The position numbers were made by a program, and so were the translations under genes. Positions 28,792-37,759 of a stretch of 64,000 nucleotides of DNA are shown in pieces. Position 1 is the first letter of the stretch. Each line of letters opens with the position of its first letter. The notes below the pieces were generated by a model. That model worked only from the letters and a program-made list of their open reading frames with translations. It ran no database searches and had not been told where the DNA came from. The stretch is taken from positions 3,328,001-3,392,000 of the forward strand of contig OZ242011.1 in the NCBI GenBank assembly GCA_965204755.1. Direction: 5' to 3'. This DNA is from Candidatus Marinacidobacterium sp. GTDB taxonomy: Bacteria > Acidobacteriota > Vicinamibacteria > Marinacidobacterales > Marinacidobacteraceae.

Positions 28792-29238
28792 GGAGCAAAG
28801 ACACAGGCTCCACCAAAGACACAGGCTCGGCGGTCGAAAAACACAGGCTGGAGACACAGGCTCCACGAAAGACACAGGTTCCGCGAAAGACACAGGTTCC
28901 GCGAAAGACACAGGCTCGGCTCCGCGAAGAACACAGGCTCCGCCGCGTCCGGCGGGGTCGGGGGATTCCGCGCGTGGTCGGTGTCGGTGCGGATCGAACC
29001 CCCCTTCCGTCCGCCGTACGGCCGGATCGACTGCCCGGCGCAGGCTCCCCGCGCCCGGATGCGCCCCTTCGGGCGCTGGAACTTATAAAATCAATAAATA
29101 CAAGGACTTAGGAGCGAAAGACACAGGCTCCCAGCCTAAAGACACAGGCTTGAGACACAGGCTTCCGACCAAAGACACAGGCTCGGCGGTCGAAAAACAC
29201 AGGCTAAAGACACAGGCTCCGCGAAAGACACAGGCTCC
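28792..29238 (+). repeat. Bipartite array of 15 co-oriented AAAGACACAGGCT-like boxes around an AT-rich core (iteron-like)
   Basis: ACACAGG cores at 28801, 28819, 28841, 28854, 28872, 28890, 28908, 28931 and 29121, 29142, 29155, 29175, 29197, 29210, 29228. AT-rich ACTTATAAAATCAATAAATACAAGGACTTA at 29081-29110. Confidence 0.93.
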
Positions 29239-29265
29239 CGCCGGAGCGCTTCTCGTCGCGGGGCG

Positions 29266-30681
29266 TCAGAAAGTCTCCACCTTCATCATGTTGGTGGCGC
29301 CGCTCAACTGGGTGGCGCCGCAGACGACGACCACGCGGTCGCCGGGGGCGACCAGGCGTTCCGACCGCAGCCGTTCGAGGGCGCCGCTCAGCATCGCGTC
29401 GGTGGAGCGGAAGCGGCGGTTGCGCATCGGGCGGACGCCGTAGCGGAGGGCGAGGCGGCGGAACACCCGGTCCGAAGTGGTGAAACCCAGGATGCCGCAG
29501 GGCGGGCGCATCCGGCTCACATGGCGCACGGTCGCGCCGGAGTCGGTGAACGCCACGATGTACGCCGCGTCGATCTCCGCCGCCGCTTCGCGCGCCGCCG
29601 CCGAGATGGCGTGCTCGATCCGGCTGCGGTCGATGTGCGCGTGGTGGTGTTCCTGTTCGCCGAAGTCGGCGTGCTGCTCGGTGAACGAGGCCAGCCGCTC
29701 GAGCGTGCGCACCGCTTCGATCGGGTACTTGCCGACCGAGGTCTCGCCGGAGAGCATCACCGCGTCGCTCCCGTCGAGGATGGCGTTCGCCACATCGGAC
29801 GCCTCGGCGCGCGTCGGCATGGGATGCGAAATCATCGAGTCGAGCATCTGGGTGGCGGTGATCGCGATCTTCCCCCGCGCGTTCGCCCGGCGGATCACAT
29901 GCTTCTGGACCACGGGCACGCGCTCGGAGGAGGTCTCCACCCCGAGGTCCCCGCGCGCCACCATGACCCCGTCGGACGCCTTGAGGATGTCCTCGAGGTT
30001 CTCGAGCGCCTCCGGCCGTTCGACTTTGGCGATGATCGGCCGGTCGGCCGCGCCGAGCCGGTCGAGCAGCGCGCGAACCTGCTTCACATCCTTCGACTTG
30101 CGGACGAAGGACACCGCGAGGAAGTCCACTCCGGCCGCCACCGCGGCCTTCAGGTCGGCGCGGTCCTTGACGGTGAGCGACCGCCCGGAGAGCGGGACGC
30201 CCGGCAGGTTGAGCCCCTTGCGCGACAGGAGCCGGCCGCCGACGACCACTTCGGTCTCCACATCGGTGTCGCCGCTGCTGACGACATGCAGCCGGAGCAG
30301 CCCGTCGTCGAGCAGGATCGCGTCGCCGGGCCGGACATCCCGCGCCAGGTGCGAGTAGGTCGTCGAGACCGCCTCCGCGCTCCCCTGCACCTTCCGGGTG
30401 GTCAGGACGAAGCGCGAGCCGGGGGTGAGTTCGACGCCGCCTTCGGGGACTTCCCCGGTGCGCATCTTGGGCCCGGCGAGGTCGGCGACGGTGGCGACCG
30501 CCCGGTCGTGCTGCTTCGCGGCGCGGCGGACCGCGCGGACCCGGGCGGCGAGGCTGCCGGCGGTTTCGTGCGCGCAGTTCAGGCGGGCGGCGTCCATTCC
30601 GGCTTCCACCAGCGCGGACACCTCCGCCGGCTTCACGGTGGCCGGGCCGAGCGTGGCGATGATCTTGGTGCGCCGGAGCAT
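29266..30681 (-). CDS. pyk: Pyruvate kinase
   Basis: RRTKIIATLGPA, DL.GPK.R, LDDG, KG.NLP, SFVR, AKVE, VMVARGDLGVE, ATQMLDSM, PTRAEASDVANA..DG.DAVMLSGET. Confidence 0.97.
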   Translation of the reverse strand: MLRRTKIIATLGPATVKPAEVSALVEAGMDAARLNCAHETAGSLAARVRAVRRAAKQHDRAVATVADLAGPKMRTGEVPEGGVELTPGSRFVLTTRKVQGSAEAVSTTYSHLARDVRPGDAILLDDGLLRLHVVSSGDTDVETEVVVGGRLLSRKGLNLPGVPLSGRSLTVKDRADLKAAVAAGVDFLAVSFVRKSKDVKQVRALLDRLGAADRPIIAKVERPEALENLEDILKASDGVMVARGDLGVETSSERVPVVQKHVIRRANARGKIAITATQMLDSMISHPMPTRAEASDVANAILDGSDAVMLSGETSVGKYPIEAVRTLERLASFTEQHADFGEQEHHHAHIDRSRIEHAISAAAREAAAEIDAAYIVAFTDSGATVRHVSRMRPPCGILGFTTSDRVFRRLALRYGVRPMRNRRFRSTDAMLSGALERLRSERLVAPGDRVVVVCGATQLSGATNMMKVETF

Positions 30682-30717
30682 GGGGTCGGCTGTGTCCCTT
30701 CGGTGGAGCGGCGGGCG

Positions 30718-32040
30718 TCAGGCGGTGGGCGCCGCTTCGTCCCCGTTGTCGTTACCGCCGCCGTCGTCGCTGCCGTCGTCCCCGGCTGTCGGTTCGTCGT
30801 CGGCGGTCGGCTCGTCGTCGGCGGTCGGGGAGGGCGGCTTCGGTGACGCCGGCGGGGCGACCACGGTCAGCAGGATCTTCAGTCCGGCGAGCAGCGAGCC
30901 GCCGAAGGTGCCGGAGATCTTGGAGCGGCCGACCCGGCGGCGGCAGGAAACCGGCACCTCGGCGGCGCAGACCCGGGCGCGCGCCGACTTCACCTGCATC
31001 TCCGCCGTCCAGCCGTAGTCCGGGTCGCGCATCCCGAGCGCCAGCAGCGTCTGCCAGCGGATCGCCCGGAACGGGCCCAGGTCGGTGAACCGGTAGCCGT
31101 AGAGCAGTCGGATGAGCGCCGCGGCGAAGCGGTTGCCCCAGCGGGCGTGGACCGGGTGGGCGCCGGGCTCCATCTCGCCCCGGATCCGGGATCCGATGAC
31201 CAGGTCGAAACCGATGGCGCCGCCGCCCTCCGGCCCCGGCCCGAGCGGCGCCGAGGCGTCGAAGGCGCGGTCGGCCGGCAGCGGGAGCGCCGGCAGCGGT
31301 TCCCCGGACTCCTCGGACATGGCGCGCGTTTCCGGTCGGGGTTCGCCGGCGGATTCCGGGGCCTCTCCGGTAACGGTGTCCGTTCGGGGCGCGGGTGACT
31401 CGGGCGTCGGTGCGGTCCGTGGCGCGGGGCCGCCGCTCGGCGGGGTCTCCGCCTCGGCGGCCGTCCCGGCCTCCGGCTCGTCCGCCGGCTCCTCCTCCGA
31501 TGCGGTCTCGGCCCCGGCGTCCGGCGTCGCTTCGGACTCCGCCGCCGTCCCGGCGTCCGGCGCCGCCGGGGAGGCGCCGTCGTCGTCGGCAACGGGCGGT
31601 TCGCCGCCGTCCGGGACGACCGCGGATGCCGGCGACGCCGGCCGCGGCCCCGCGAACGGCGCGGTCCCGGCGGCCGGCCGCGCGGCGGCGGGCCGACGCT
31701 CGGCGGAGTCGGCGTAGGAACGGCGGAGCGGGGCGAGCAGGGCGTCCAACTCCGTCGGGTCGTCGCTTCCGTCGGCGTCGAGGAACACGACGACCTCCGG
31801 GCGCTCTTCCTCCGGCGCTTCCGCCAGCCGGGCGATTCCGGCGAGACAGGCCCGGCCGTAGCCGCGCCGGGGCTCGGGCACCACGGTCGCGCCGAACCGG
31901 CGCGCGACCTCCCCGGTGCCGTCCGAGGAGCCGTTGTCCACCACGACGACTTCCGTCAACCGCTCCATCGGCAGCGCGGAGAGCGTCCGCTCCAGTCCCT
32001 CGCGCTCGTCCCGAGCCGGGATGATGGCCGCCGCCCGCAA
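30718..32040 (-). CDS. Glycosyltransferase family 2 with a long low-complexity internal insertion
   Basis: IIPARDE, VVVDNGSSDGT, RGYG.AC, FLDADGSD, then DLVIGSR, GN, FTDLGPFRAI, YGWT.EMQ, R.G.SKISGT. Confidence 0.85.
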   Translation of the reverse strand: MRAAAIIPARDEREGLERTLSALPMERLTEVVVVDNGSSDGTGEVARRFGATVVPEPRRGYGRACLAGIARLAEAPEEERPEVVVFLDADGSDDPTELDALLAPLRRSYADSAERRPAAARPAAGTAPFAGPRPASPASAVVPDGGEPPVADDDGASPAAPDAGTAAESEATPDAGAETASEEEPADEPEAGTAAEAETPPSGGPAPRTAPTPESPAPRTDTVTGEAPESAGEPRPETRAMSEESGEPLPALPLPADRAFDASAPLGPGPEGGGAIGFDLVIGSRIRGEMEPGAHPVHARWGNRFAAALIRLLYGYRFTDLGPFRAIRWQTLLALGMRDPDYGWTAEMQVKSARARVCAAEVPVSCRRRVGRSKISGTFGGSLLAGLKILLTVVAPPASPKPPSPTADDEPTADDEPTAGDDGSDDGGGNDNGDEAAPTA

Positions 32041-32175
32041 TCGCTTCCCCGTCGCCGCTTTCCGGCGGGAGAAAGTACAGGAAAACGCGGCGGGGGGCGC
32101 GGCGAACGGCGGCGTCCGACTTCGGCCCGCCTTCGCCCGGCGGCCCGGCGGCCCCGTTCGCTTACGATGCTTCCC

Positions 32176-33882
32176 GTGAATTCGCGCCGCCGTCCGCCGC
32201 TCCCGGCCGCTTCCGCCCTCGCTGCCCTGTCGCTCGCCGGCCTGTCGCTCGCCGGCCTGTCGCTCGCCGGCCTGTCGCTCGCCGGCTGCGGGGCGCCGCC
32301 GGACACCCGCCCGGCGCCGGCGGACTCCGGGGCGGTGGTGTTCCGCGGAGGGCAGGTCCTCGACGGCGCCGGGAACCCCTGGTTCCGCGCCGATGTGCTG
32401 GTGTCCGGCGGCCGGATCGCGGCCGTCGGGGTCGTCCCCGAAGCCTCGCTGCCGCCGGGCGCCGAGACCGTGGACATCGCCGGGCTGACCGTGATGCCCG
32501 GGTTCATCGACCCGCATTCGCACGCAGGGCGCGGCCTCGCCGATCCGGACCTCCGCGCCGCCGTCCCGTTGATCCGGCAGGGCATCACCACCGCCATGCT
32601 GAACCCCGACGGCGGCGGCCCGGCGGACCTGGCCGCCCAGCGCGCCGAGTTGGAGGCCGGCGGGATCGGCGTCAACGCGGCGCTCATGATCGGCCACGGC
32701 GCGGTTCGCCGGGCGGTCCTCGGCATGGAAGCGCGCCCGCCGACCGGGGAGGAACTCGAAGGGATGGCCGGACTGGTGCGCGCCGGTATGGACGCCGGCG
32801 CGTTCGGCATGACCGGCGGGCTCTACTACGCGCCCGGCAGTTACGCCGAGAACGACGAAGTCGTCCGGCTCGCCGCGGAGATCGCCCCCTACGGCGCGTT
32901 CGTGAGCCACATCCGCGACGAGAGCGACTACGGCATCGGCCTCGTCGCGGCGGTGGAGGAAGTCATCGAAGTCGCCGAGACCCACGACATCCGCGGCGTG
33001 GTGACCCACTTCAAGGCGCTCGGCCCCCCGGTGTGGGGGCTCAGCCGCGACGCGGTGGCGACGATCGAGGCGGCCCGCTCGCGCGGCGTCGAAGTCTTCG
33101 CGGACCAATACCCCTACGAGGCGTCCGGCACCTCCATCGTCGGCGCGCTGGTGCCGAGATGGGCGCTCGCCGGCGAGTTGATGCCGGGTATGCCGACCCC
33201 GCTCGAAGAGCGGCTGGCCGATCCCGAGTCGCGCTCCCGCCTCCGCTCCGAGATGCTGACCGCGCTCCGTCGGCGCGGCGGCGCGGAGACGCTGCTCCTC
33301 TCCCGCCACCTCGCCGACCCGTCGCTCGAGGGGCGGCGGCTGGACGACCTGGCGCGGGAATGGGGAATGGAACCGATAGACGCGGCGCTTCGGCTGCTCG
33401 ACGCGGGCGGCGCCGGCCTCGTGTCGTTCAACATGTCCGAAGACGACATCGCCCACATCATGCGCCAGGAATGGACGATGGGTTCTTCCGACGGCGGACT
33501 CGTCCCCGACGGCCAGGGGCGGCCGCATCCGCGGTTCTACGGCGCGTTTCCCCGCCGGATCGCGCGCTATGTCCGCGAGCGCGGCGTGCTCACCCTCGCG
33601 GAGGCGGTGCGGGGCATGACCGGCCTGCCGGCGACGGTCTTCCGGATGAACGACCGGGGCCGCATCGCTCCCGGCTTGGTCGCCGACCTGCTGGTGGTGG
33701 ATGTGGACGAGTTCCGCGACGCGGCGACCTACGAGAACCCGCACGCGCTCGCCGAGGGAATCGTCCATGCGCTGGTGGGCGGCGTGTTCGCGCTGCGCGA
33801 GGGCGAGCACACCGGCGCCCTCGCCGGCGAAGTCCTGACGCCGCACTGGCGGGCCGGCAGCGATGAAGGAGCGGCCCGGTGA
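32176..33882 (+). CDS. N-acyl-D-amino-acid deacylase-like amidohydrolase (lipoprotein)
   Basis: Lipobox LAGC, PGFIDPHSH, QGITT, GL.YAPG, SHIRDES, DQYPY.A, SDG, HPR.YG.FPR. Confidence 0.88.
   Translation: MNSRRRPPLPAASALAALSLAGLSLAGLSLAGLSLAGCGAPPDTRPAPADSGAVVFRGGQVLDGAGNPWFRADVLVSGGRIAAVGVVPEASLPPGAETVDIAGLTVMPGFIDPHSHAGRGLADPDLRAAVPLIRQGITTAMLNPDGGGPADLAAQRAELEAGGIGVNAALMIGHGAVRRAVLGMEARPPTGEELEGMAGLVRAGMDAGAFGMTGGLYYAPGSYAENDEVVRLAAEIAPYGAFVSHIRDESDYGIGLVAAVEEVIEVAETHDIRGVVTHFKALGPPVWGLSRDAVATIEAARSRGVEVFADQYPYEASGTSIVGALVPRWALAGELMPGMPTPLEERLADPESRSRLRSEMLTALRRRGGAETLLLSRHLADPSLEGRRLDDLAREWGMEPIDAALRLLDAGGAGLVSFNMSEDDIAHIMRQEWTMGSSDGGLVPDGQGRPHPRFYGAFPRRIARYVRERGVLTLAEAVRGMTGLPATVFRMNDRGRIAPGLVADLLVVDVDEFRDAATYENPHALAEGIVHALVGGVFALREGEHTGALAGEVLTPHWRAGSDEGAAR
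32227..32286 (+). repeat. 15 bp in-frame tandem repeat CTGTCGCTCGCCGGC x4 (LSLAG) in the signal peptide
   Basis: Visible tandem units. Confidence 0.85.
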
Positions 33883-35282
33883 CGGGGAAAGCGGGCGGCG
33901 ACGCGATCCGCGAGACGATCCTCGACACGGTAGGCGATACCCCGCTGGTCGCGCTGCGGCGCCTCGGCCAGGGGCTGCCGGGGCGCATCGCGGTCAAGAT
34001 GGAGACCGTCAACCCCGGCGGATCGGTCAAGGACCGCATCGCGATCGCCATCGTCGAAGACGCGGAGGAACGCGGCGACCTGCGCCCCGGCGGCACGATC
34101 ATCGAAGCCACTTCCGGGAATACGGGCATGGGCCTCGCGCTGGTCGCCGCGGTGAAGGGGTACCGGGCGGTCTTCGTCATGCCGGACAAGATGAGCGACG
34201 AGAAGATCCGCTCGCTGCGCGCCCTCGGCGCGGAAGTCGTGGTGACGCCGACCGCGGTGGAGCCGGAAGACCCGCGCAGTTACTACAGCGTGGCGCGCCG
34301 CTTGGTCGCGGAGACCGAAGGCGCCCTCTACGCGAACCAGTACCACAACCCGGTGAACCCGGAGACCCACTACCGCACCACGGGCCCCGAACTGTGGGGA
34401 CAGGTCGGCCCGGACATCCATACCCTGGTCTGCGGCCTCGGCACCGGCGGAACGGTTACCGGAACGGGCCGGTACCTCAAGGAGCGGAACCCGGCCGTCC
34501 GCGTCGTCGGCGCCGACCCGGTGGGTTCGCTCTACGAGGAGTACTTCCGCACCGGGAACATCGGCGAAGCCCGCACTTACAAGGTGGAGGGAATCGGCGA
34601 GGACTTCATTCCCACCACGATCGACTTCGCCGTGGTGGACGAAGTGGTCTCGGTCACCGACCGCGACTCCTTCCTGACCACCCGGCGCCTGGCGCGGGAA
34701 GAGGGCCTGTTCGTCGGCGGCTCCGCCGGGACCGCGGTCGCGGCCGCGCTCCGGGTCGCGGCGTCCGTGCCCGCCGGCGCCCTGGTGGTCGTCCTCGCCC
34801 CCGACGGCGGCGGGCGGTACCTCTCCAAGATCTTCAGCGACGACTGGATGCGCCAGAACGGCTTCCTGGACGCCGGCTTCGCCGCCGGACAGGTCGGGGA
34901 TGTGCTGGCCGCGAAGGGCGCGGCGGAAATCGTGAGCGTCCCCGAATCCGCCGGAATCCGCGAAGTGGTGGCGCTCATGCGCGAACACGATGTCTCGCAG
35001 TTGCCGGTGCGGGGCGCCGACGGCGGCTTCTCCGGCGTCGTCTCCGAAGCGACCCTGCTCCAGGGCCTCCTCGCCGGCGGCCCCGGCAAGAGCGAAGCCA
35101 TCGGCGCCTTCGTCCGGACCGACGCCATCGAATCCCTGGACACCGCGAGCCCGCTCGAATCCCTCGCCCAGATCTTCACCCGCGGCCGCATCGCCCTCGT
35201 AACCGACCGCGACGCCCCCATCGGCCTGCTCACCCAGATCGACCTCCTCGACTACCTCTCCCGCGAAACCGCCCCGCGCTGA
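33879..35282 (+). CDS. cbs: Cystathionine beta-synthase (PLP domain plus C-terminal CBS pair)
   Basis: VG.TPLV, NPGGSVKDR, EATSGNTG, NQY.NP, GTGGT, YKVEGIGEDF, EEGL..GGS, SQLPV CBS motif. Confidence 0.9.
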   Translation: MTGKAGGDAIRETILDTVGDTPLVALRRLGQGLPGRIAVKMETVNPGGSVKDRIAIAIVEDAEERGDLRPGGTIIEATSGNTGMGLALVAAVKGYRAVFVMPDKMSDEKIRSLRALGAEVVVTPTAVEPEDPRSYYSVARRLVAETEGALYANQYHNPVNPETHYRTTGPELWGQVGPDIHTLVCGLGTGGTVTGTGRYLKERNPAVRVVGADPVGSLYEEYFRTGNIGEARTYKVEGIGEDFIPTTIDFAVVDEVVSVTDRDSFLTTRRLAREEGLFVGGSAGTAVAAALRVAASVPAGALVVVLAPDGGGRYLSKIFSDDWMRQNGFLDAGFAAGQVGDVLAAKGAAEIVSVPESAGIREVVALMREHDVSQLPVRGADGGFSGVVSEATLLQGLLAGGPGKSEAIGAFVRTDAIESLDTASPLESLAQIFTRGRIALVTDRDAPIGLLTQIDLLDYLSRETAPR

Positions 35283-35335
35283 CCGATGACCCGCGCGCCC
35301 TGCGCCGCCTCGCGCACCGGCGGGGAGGCCGCCGC

Positions 35336-36547
35336 GTGAACTCCGTTTCCGACGGCGCGCCGTTCCTGCGCCGGATCCGCCTCGGCGGCCTGCTCTCGTT
35401 CGCTCCCGACAGCCCGCCTTTCGAACTCGGGAGACTGAATGTCCTCATCGGCCCGAACGCCTCGGGCAAGTCGAACTTTCTGGAAGCCGTGGAACTCCTG
35501 AAGGCTCTGCCCGACGACTTCGCCAAGGCGGTGCGTCTCGGCGGCGGCGCCTCCGAGTGGCTGTGGAAGGGGCCCGGCGGCGGAGGCCCCGCGGAACTCG
35601 ACGCCGTCGTCGGCCCCGTTACCGGGACCGACCAACTGCTGAGGTATCGACTCGACTTCGTGGCCGACGGGCGGGGGCGTGTCGAGGTCTTCGACGAGGC
35701 CATCGAGGCGCCGGAACCGGAGCCCGGGGAGACCGATCCGTACTTCTACTACCGCTTCCAGCGCGGTCATCCGGCGCTGAATGTCAGCGAGACCGCCGAG
35801 GGCTCGGGTCGGCGGCAGCGGCGCCTTCGGCGGGAAGATCTCCAACCGGACCAGTCGGTGCTTACCCGGCGTCGAGACCCGGACACTTATCCGGAGTTGA
35901 CCTGGCTCGCGGGACAGTTCCGGACCATCCAGAGTTTCCGGGAGTGGTCGTTCGGACGAACCGCCCGGATGCGGACGGCCCGGCGGGCGGACCTCCCGAG
36001 TGACCGGTTGACCCCCGACGCCGAGAACCTGGCGCTCATGGTCGAACAACTCGACCACCACGACCCGGCGCGGCTGAACGACCTGGTGAAGCAGTTCTTC
36101 CCTCGTTTCGAGCGGATCTCCACCGAGGTTTCCGGGGGCCGGGTCGAGTGCTTCTTCCACGAGGCCGACCTGTCTTCTCCGGTACCTGCCACGCGGATGT
36201 CGGACGGCGCGATTCGTTTCGTGGCCGTGCTCGCCTGCCTGCTCGCGCCGTCGCCGCCGACGGTCCTCTGTCTCGAGGCGCCGGAACTCGGCCTCCACCC
36301 GGACACGGCCGCGATGTTCGCCGACTTGTTGGTCGAGGCTTCCGAGCGAATGCAGATCATCGCCACCACGCATTCGGACGCGCTCGTGGGCGCGCTGTCC
36401 GGCGAGGCGGACTCCGTCGTCGTCTGCGAGCGCCCGCAAGAAGGCACGATCCTGCGCCGCCTCGACGCCGCGGAAGTGTCGGAACGGATGGACGAGAACA
36501 CCTTGGGAGACCTTTGGCGCATCGGCGCGCTGGGAGGCAACCAGTGA
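35336..36547 (+). CDS. AAA_21 / SMC-like ABC ATPase
   Basis: GLLSF, LNVLIGPNASGKSN, MSDG, LE.PELGLHPD, TTHSD.LV, LG.LW..G.LGG C-terminus. Confidence 0.87.
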   Translation: MNSVSDGAPFLRRIRLGGLLSFAPDSPPFELGRLNVLIGPNASGKSNFLEAVELLKALPDDFAKAVRLGGGASEWLWKGPGGGGPAELDAVVGPVTGTDQLLRYRLDFVADGRGRVEVFDEAIEAPEPEPGETDPYFYYRFQRGHPALNVSETAEGSGRRQRRLRREDLQPDQSVLTRRRDPDTYPELTWLAGQFRTIQSFREWSFGRTARMRTARRADLPSDRLTPDAENLALMVEQLDHHDPARLNDLVKQFFPRFERISTEVSGGRVECFFHEADLSSPVPATRMSDGAIRFVAVLACLLAPSPPTVLCLEAPELGLHPDTAAMFADLLVEASERMQIIATTHSDALVGALSGEADSVVVCERPQEGTILRRLDAAEVSERMDENTLGDLWRIGALGGNQ

Positions 36548-36602
36548 AGCGGCTGTCGGACCCGGAGCAGCCCGATCGGGTGGCTCCGAACTGCAGGAAC
36601 CA

Positions 36603-37421
36603 CTGAGCGCCTTCGGGCTCACCGAACAACAGGTCGTTCCCTCGGCGCGGATCGGACACCTCGACTACGGCGCGATCCGCTTCTTTCGCCGCAGGCAGGG
36701 AATGGACGCGGACACGGAGATGCAGCCGGCGACCGACGAGGATCTGCGCGCCGGGGGTATCGCCGACGACTTCGACGGGGAACTGCGCCCGACGCTCTAC
36801 GGACTCATGCTCTTCGGGAAAGACCCCCAAGCGTATCCCCGCATGCGGAGCCTCTTCGTCCAGTGCGCGGCGTACGACGGAAGGGACCGGGCGGCGGAAG
36901 TCCTGAGCGCCGGGGAGGCGACCGGCGGACTCCCCGACCAGGTGCAGCGGGCGATGGGATGGTTTCGCAGTCTGGGACGGCGGGAGGTGTACCGCGGGTT
37001 CCGCCGCGAGGACATACCGCCCGTTCCGGAAGAGGCCCTGCGGGAGGCGCTGGTGAACGCCGTGATCCACCGGGAGTACGCGATCACCGGCTCGCAGGTT
37101 CTCCTCGAGGTCTTCTCCGACCGGATCACCGTAACCAGCCCCGGCGCGCTGCCGAACCACATGACCGTCGAACGAGTGCGTTCCGGCGGAATGCCGAGGC
37201 CGCGGAACGAGGCGATGGCCCACGCGATGGTCGTCCTCGGCTTCATGGAGCGGCGCGGACGGGGTTGGCTCCGGATGCGCCACGCCATGCGGCGCTTCAA
37301 CGGCACGGAGCCGGAACTGCTGAACGACGGTGACGCCGGGTTCGTACGCGTGGTGTTCGACACGACGCCGGCGCCGTTCGGTTTGCGGGAGAGCGAGACC
37401 CCCGCGGAGACGAGCGCTTGA
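36603..37421 (+). pseudogene. 5'-truncated AlbA_2/Schlafen + HATPase_c_4 (RecG-C-like) regulator
   Basis: ALREALVNAVIHREY, FSDRI.VTSPG.LP, PRN, MERRGRG. The N-terminal AlbA domain is missing, and the first ATG is at 36702. Confidence 0.65.
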
Positions 37422-37741
37422 CCGGAGGCGCCGCCTCGGGGCGGCGGAGTGCGCCGAATTCGCCCAGGCTCGTGGCGGCGAAACATCTCCGTGAGTACCG
37501 GATCGAAGTGCGCTTCGACGACGGCAAGGGCGGTGTGATCGATTTGGAGGGAGAATTGTGGGGAGAGGTCTTTGAACCGCTGAAGGATCTTGCGCTGTTC
37601 CGCCGGTTTCGGTTCGACGAGGAACTGGAGACGATCGTGTGGCCTACCGGAGCCGACCTCGCCCCCGAGTTCCTCTACGAACACGCGTTGTCCGCCGACG
37701 ATTCGCCGGCAGGGGGCGCGCGCGGCGACAGCCGGGAGTAG
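37418..37741 (+). CDS. DUF2442-domain protein (putative antitoxin)
   Basis: Y.I.V.FDDG..G.IDL, GEVFEPLKD...F..F, TI.WP.GADLAPEFLY. Confidence 0.83.
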   Translation: MTGGAASGRRSAPNSPRLVAAKHLREYRIEVRFDDGKGGVIDLEGELWGEVFEPLKDLALFRRFRFDEELETIVWPTGADLAPEFLYEHALSADDSPAGGARGDSRE

Positions 37742-37759
37742 CGGTCCCGAAACCCCTGC

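Noticed and set aside
28792-29238. CRISPR array
   Set aside because: Repeats are about 13 bp and non-palindromic, spacers are 0-10 bp and partly repeated, and no cas genes are present.
28792-29238. Canonical oriC with DnaA boxes
   Set aside because: The boxes match TTATCCACA only in the CACA part, and no dnaA, dnaN, rpmH or gidA is nearby. Kept only as an unknown iteron-like site.
26450-29240. tRNA-integrated genomic island or prophage
   Set aside because: The accessory genes lie on the 5' side of the tRNA, and I saw no integrase or duplicated tRNA 3' end.
28691-29443. ORFs encoding KDTGS/RHRL/KTQA repeat proteins
   Set aside because: The repeat occurs in all three frames with non-triplet spacing and atypical codons, and the longest ORF overlaps pyk. 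This points to DNA-level repeats.
31215-31720. Intein in the GT2 gene
   Set aside because: No C/S-start, TxxH, HN-C/S/T or LAGLIDADG motifs. The composition is disordered Pro/Ala/Glu.
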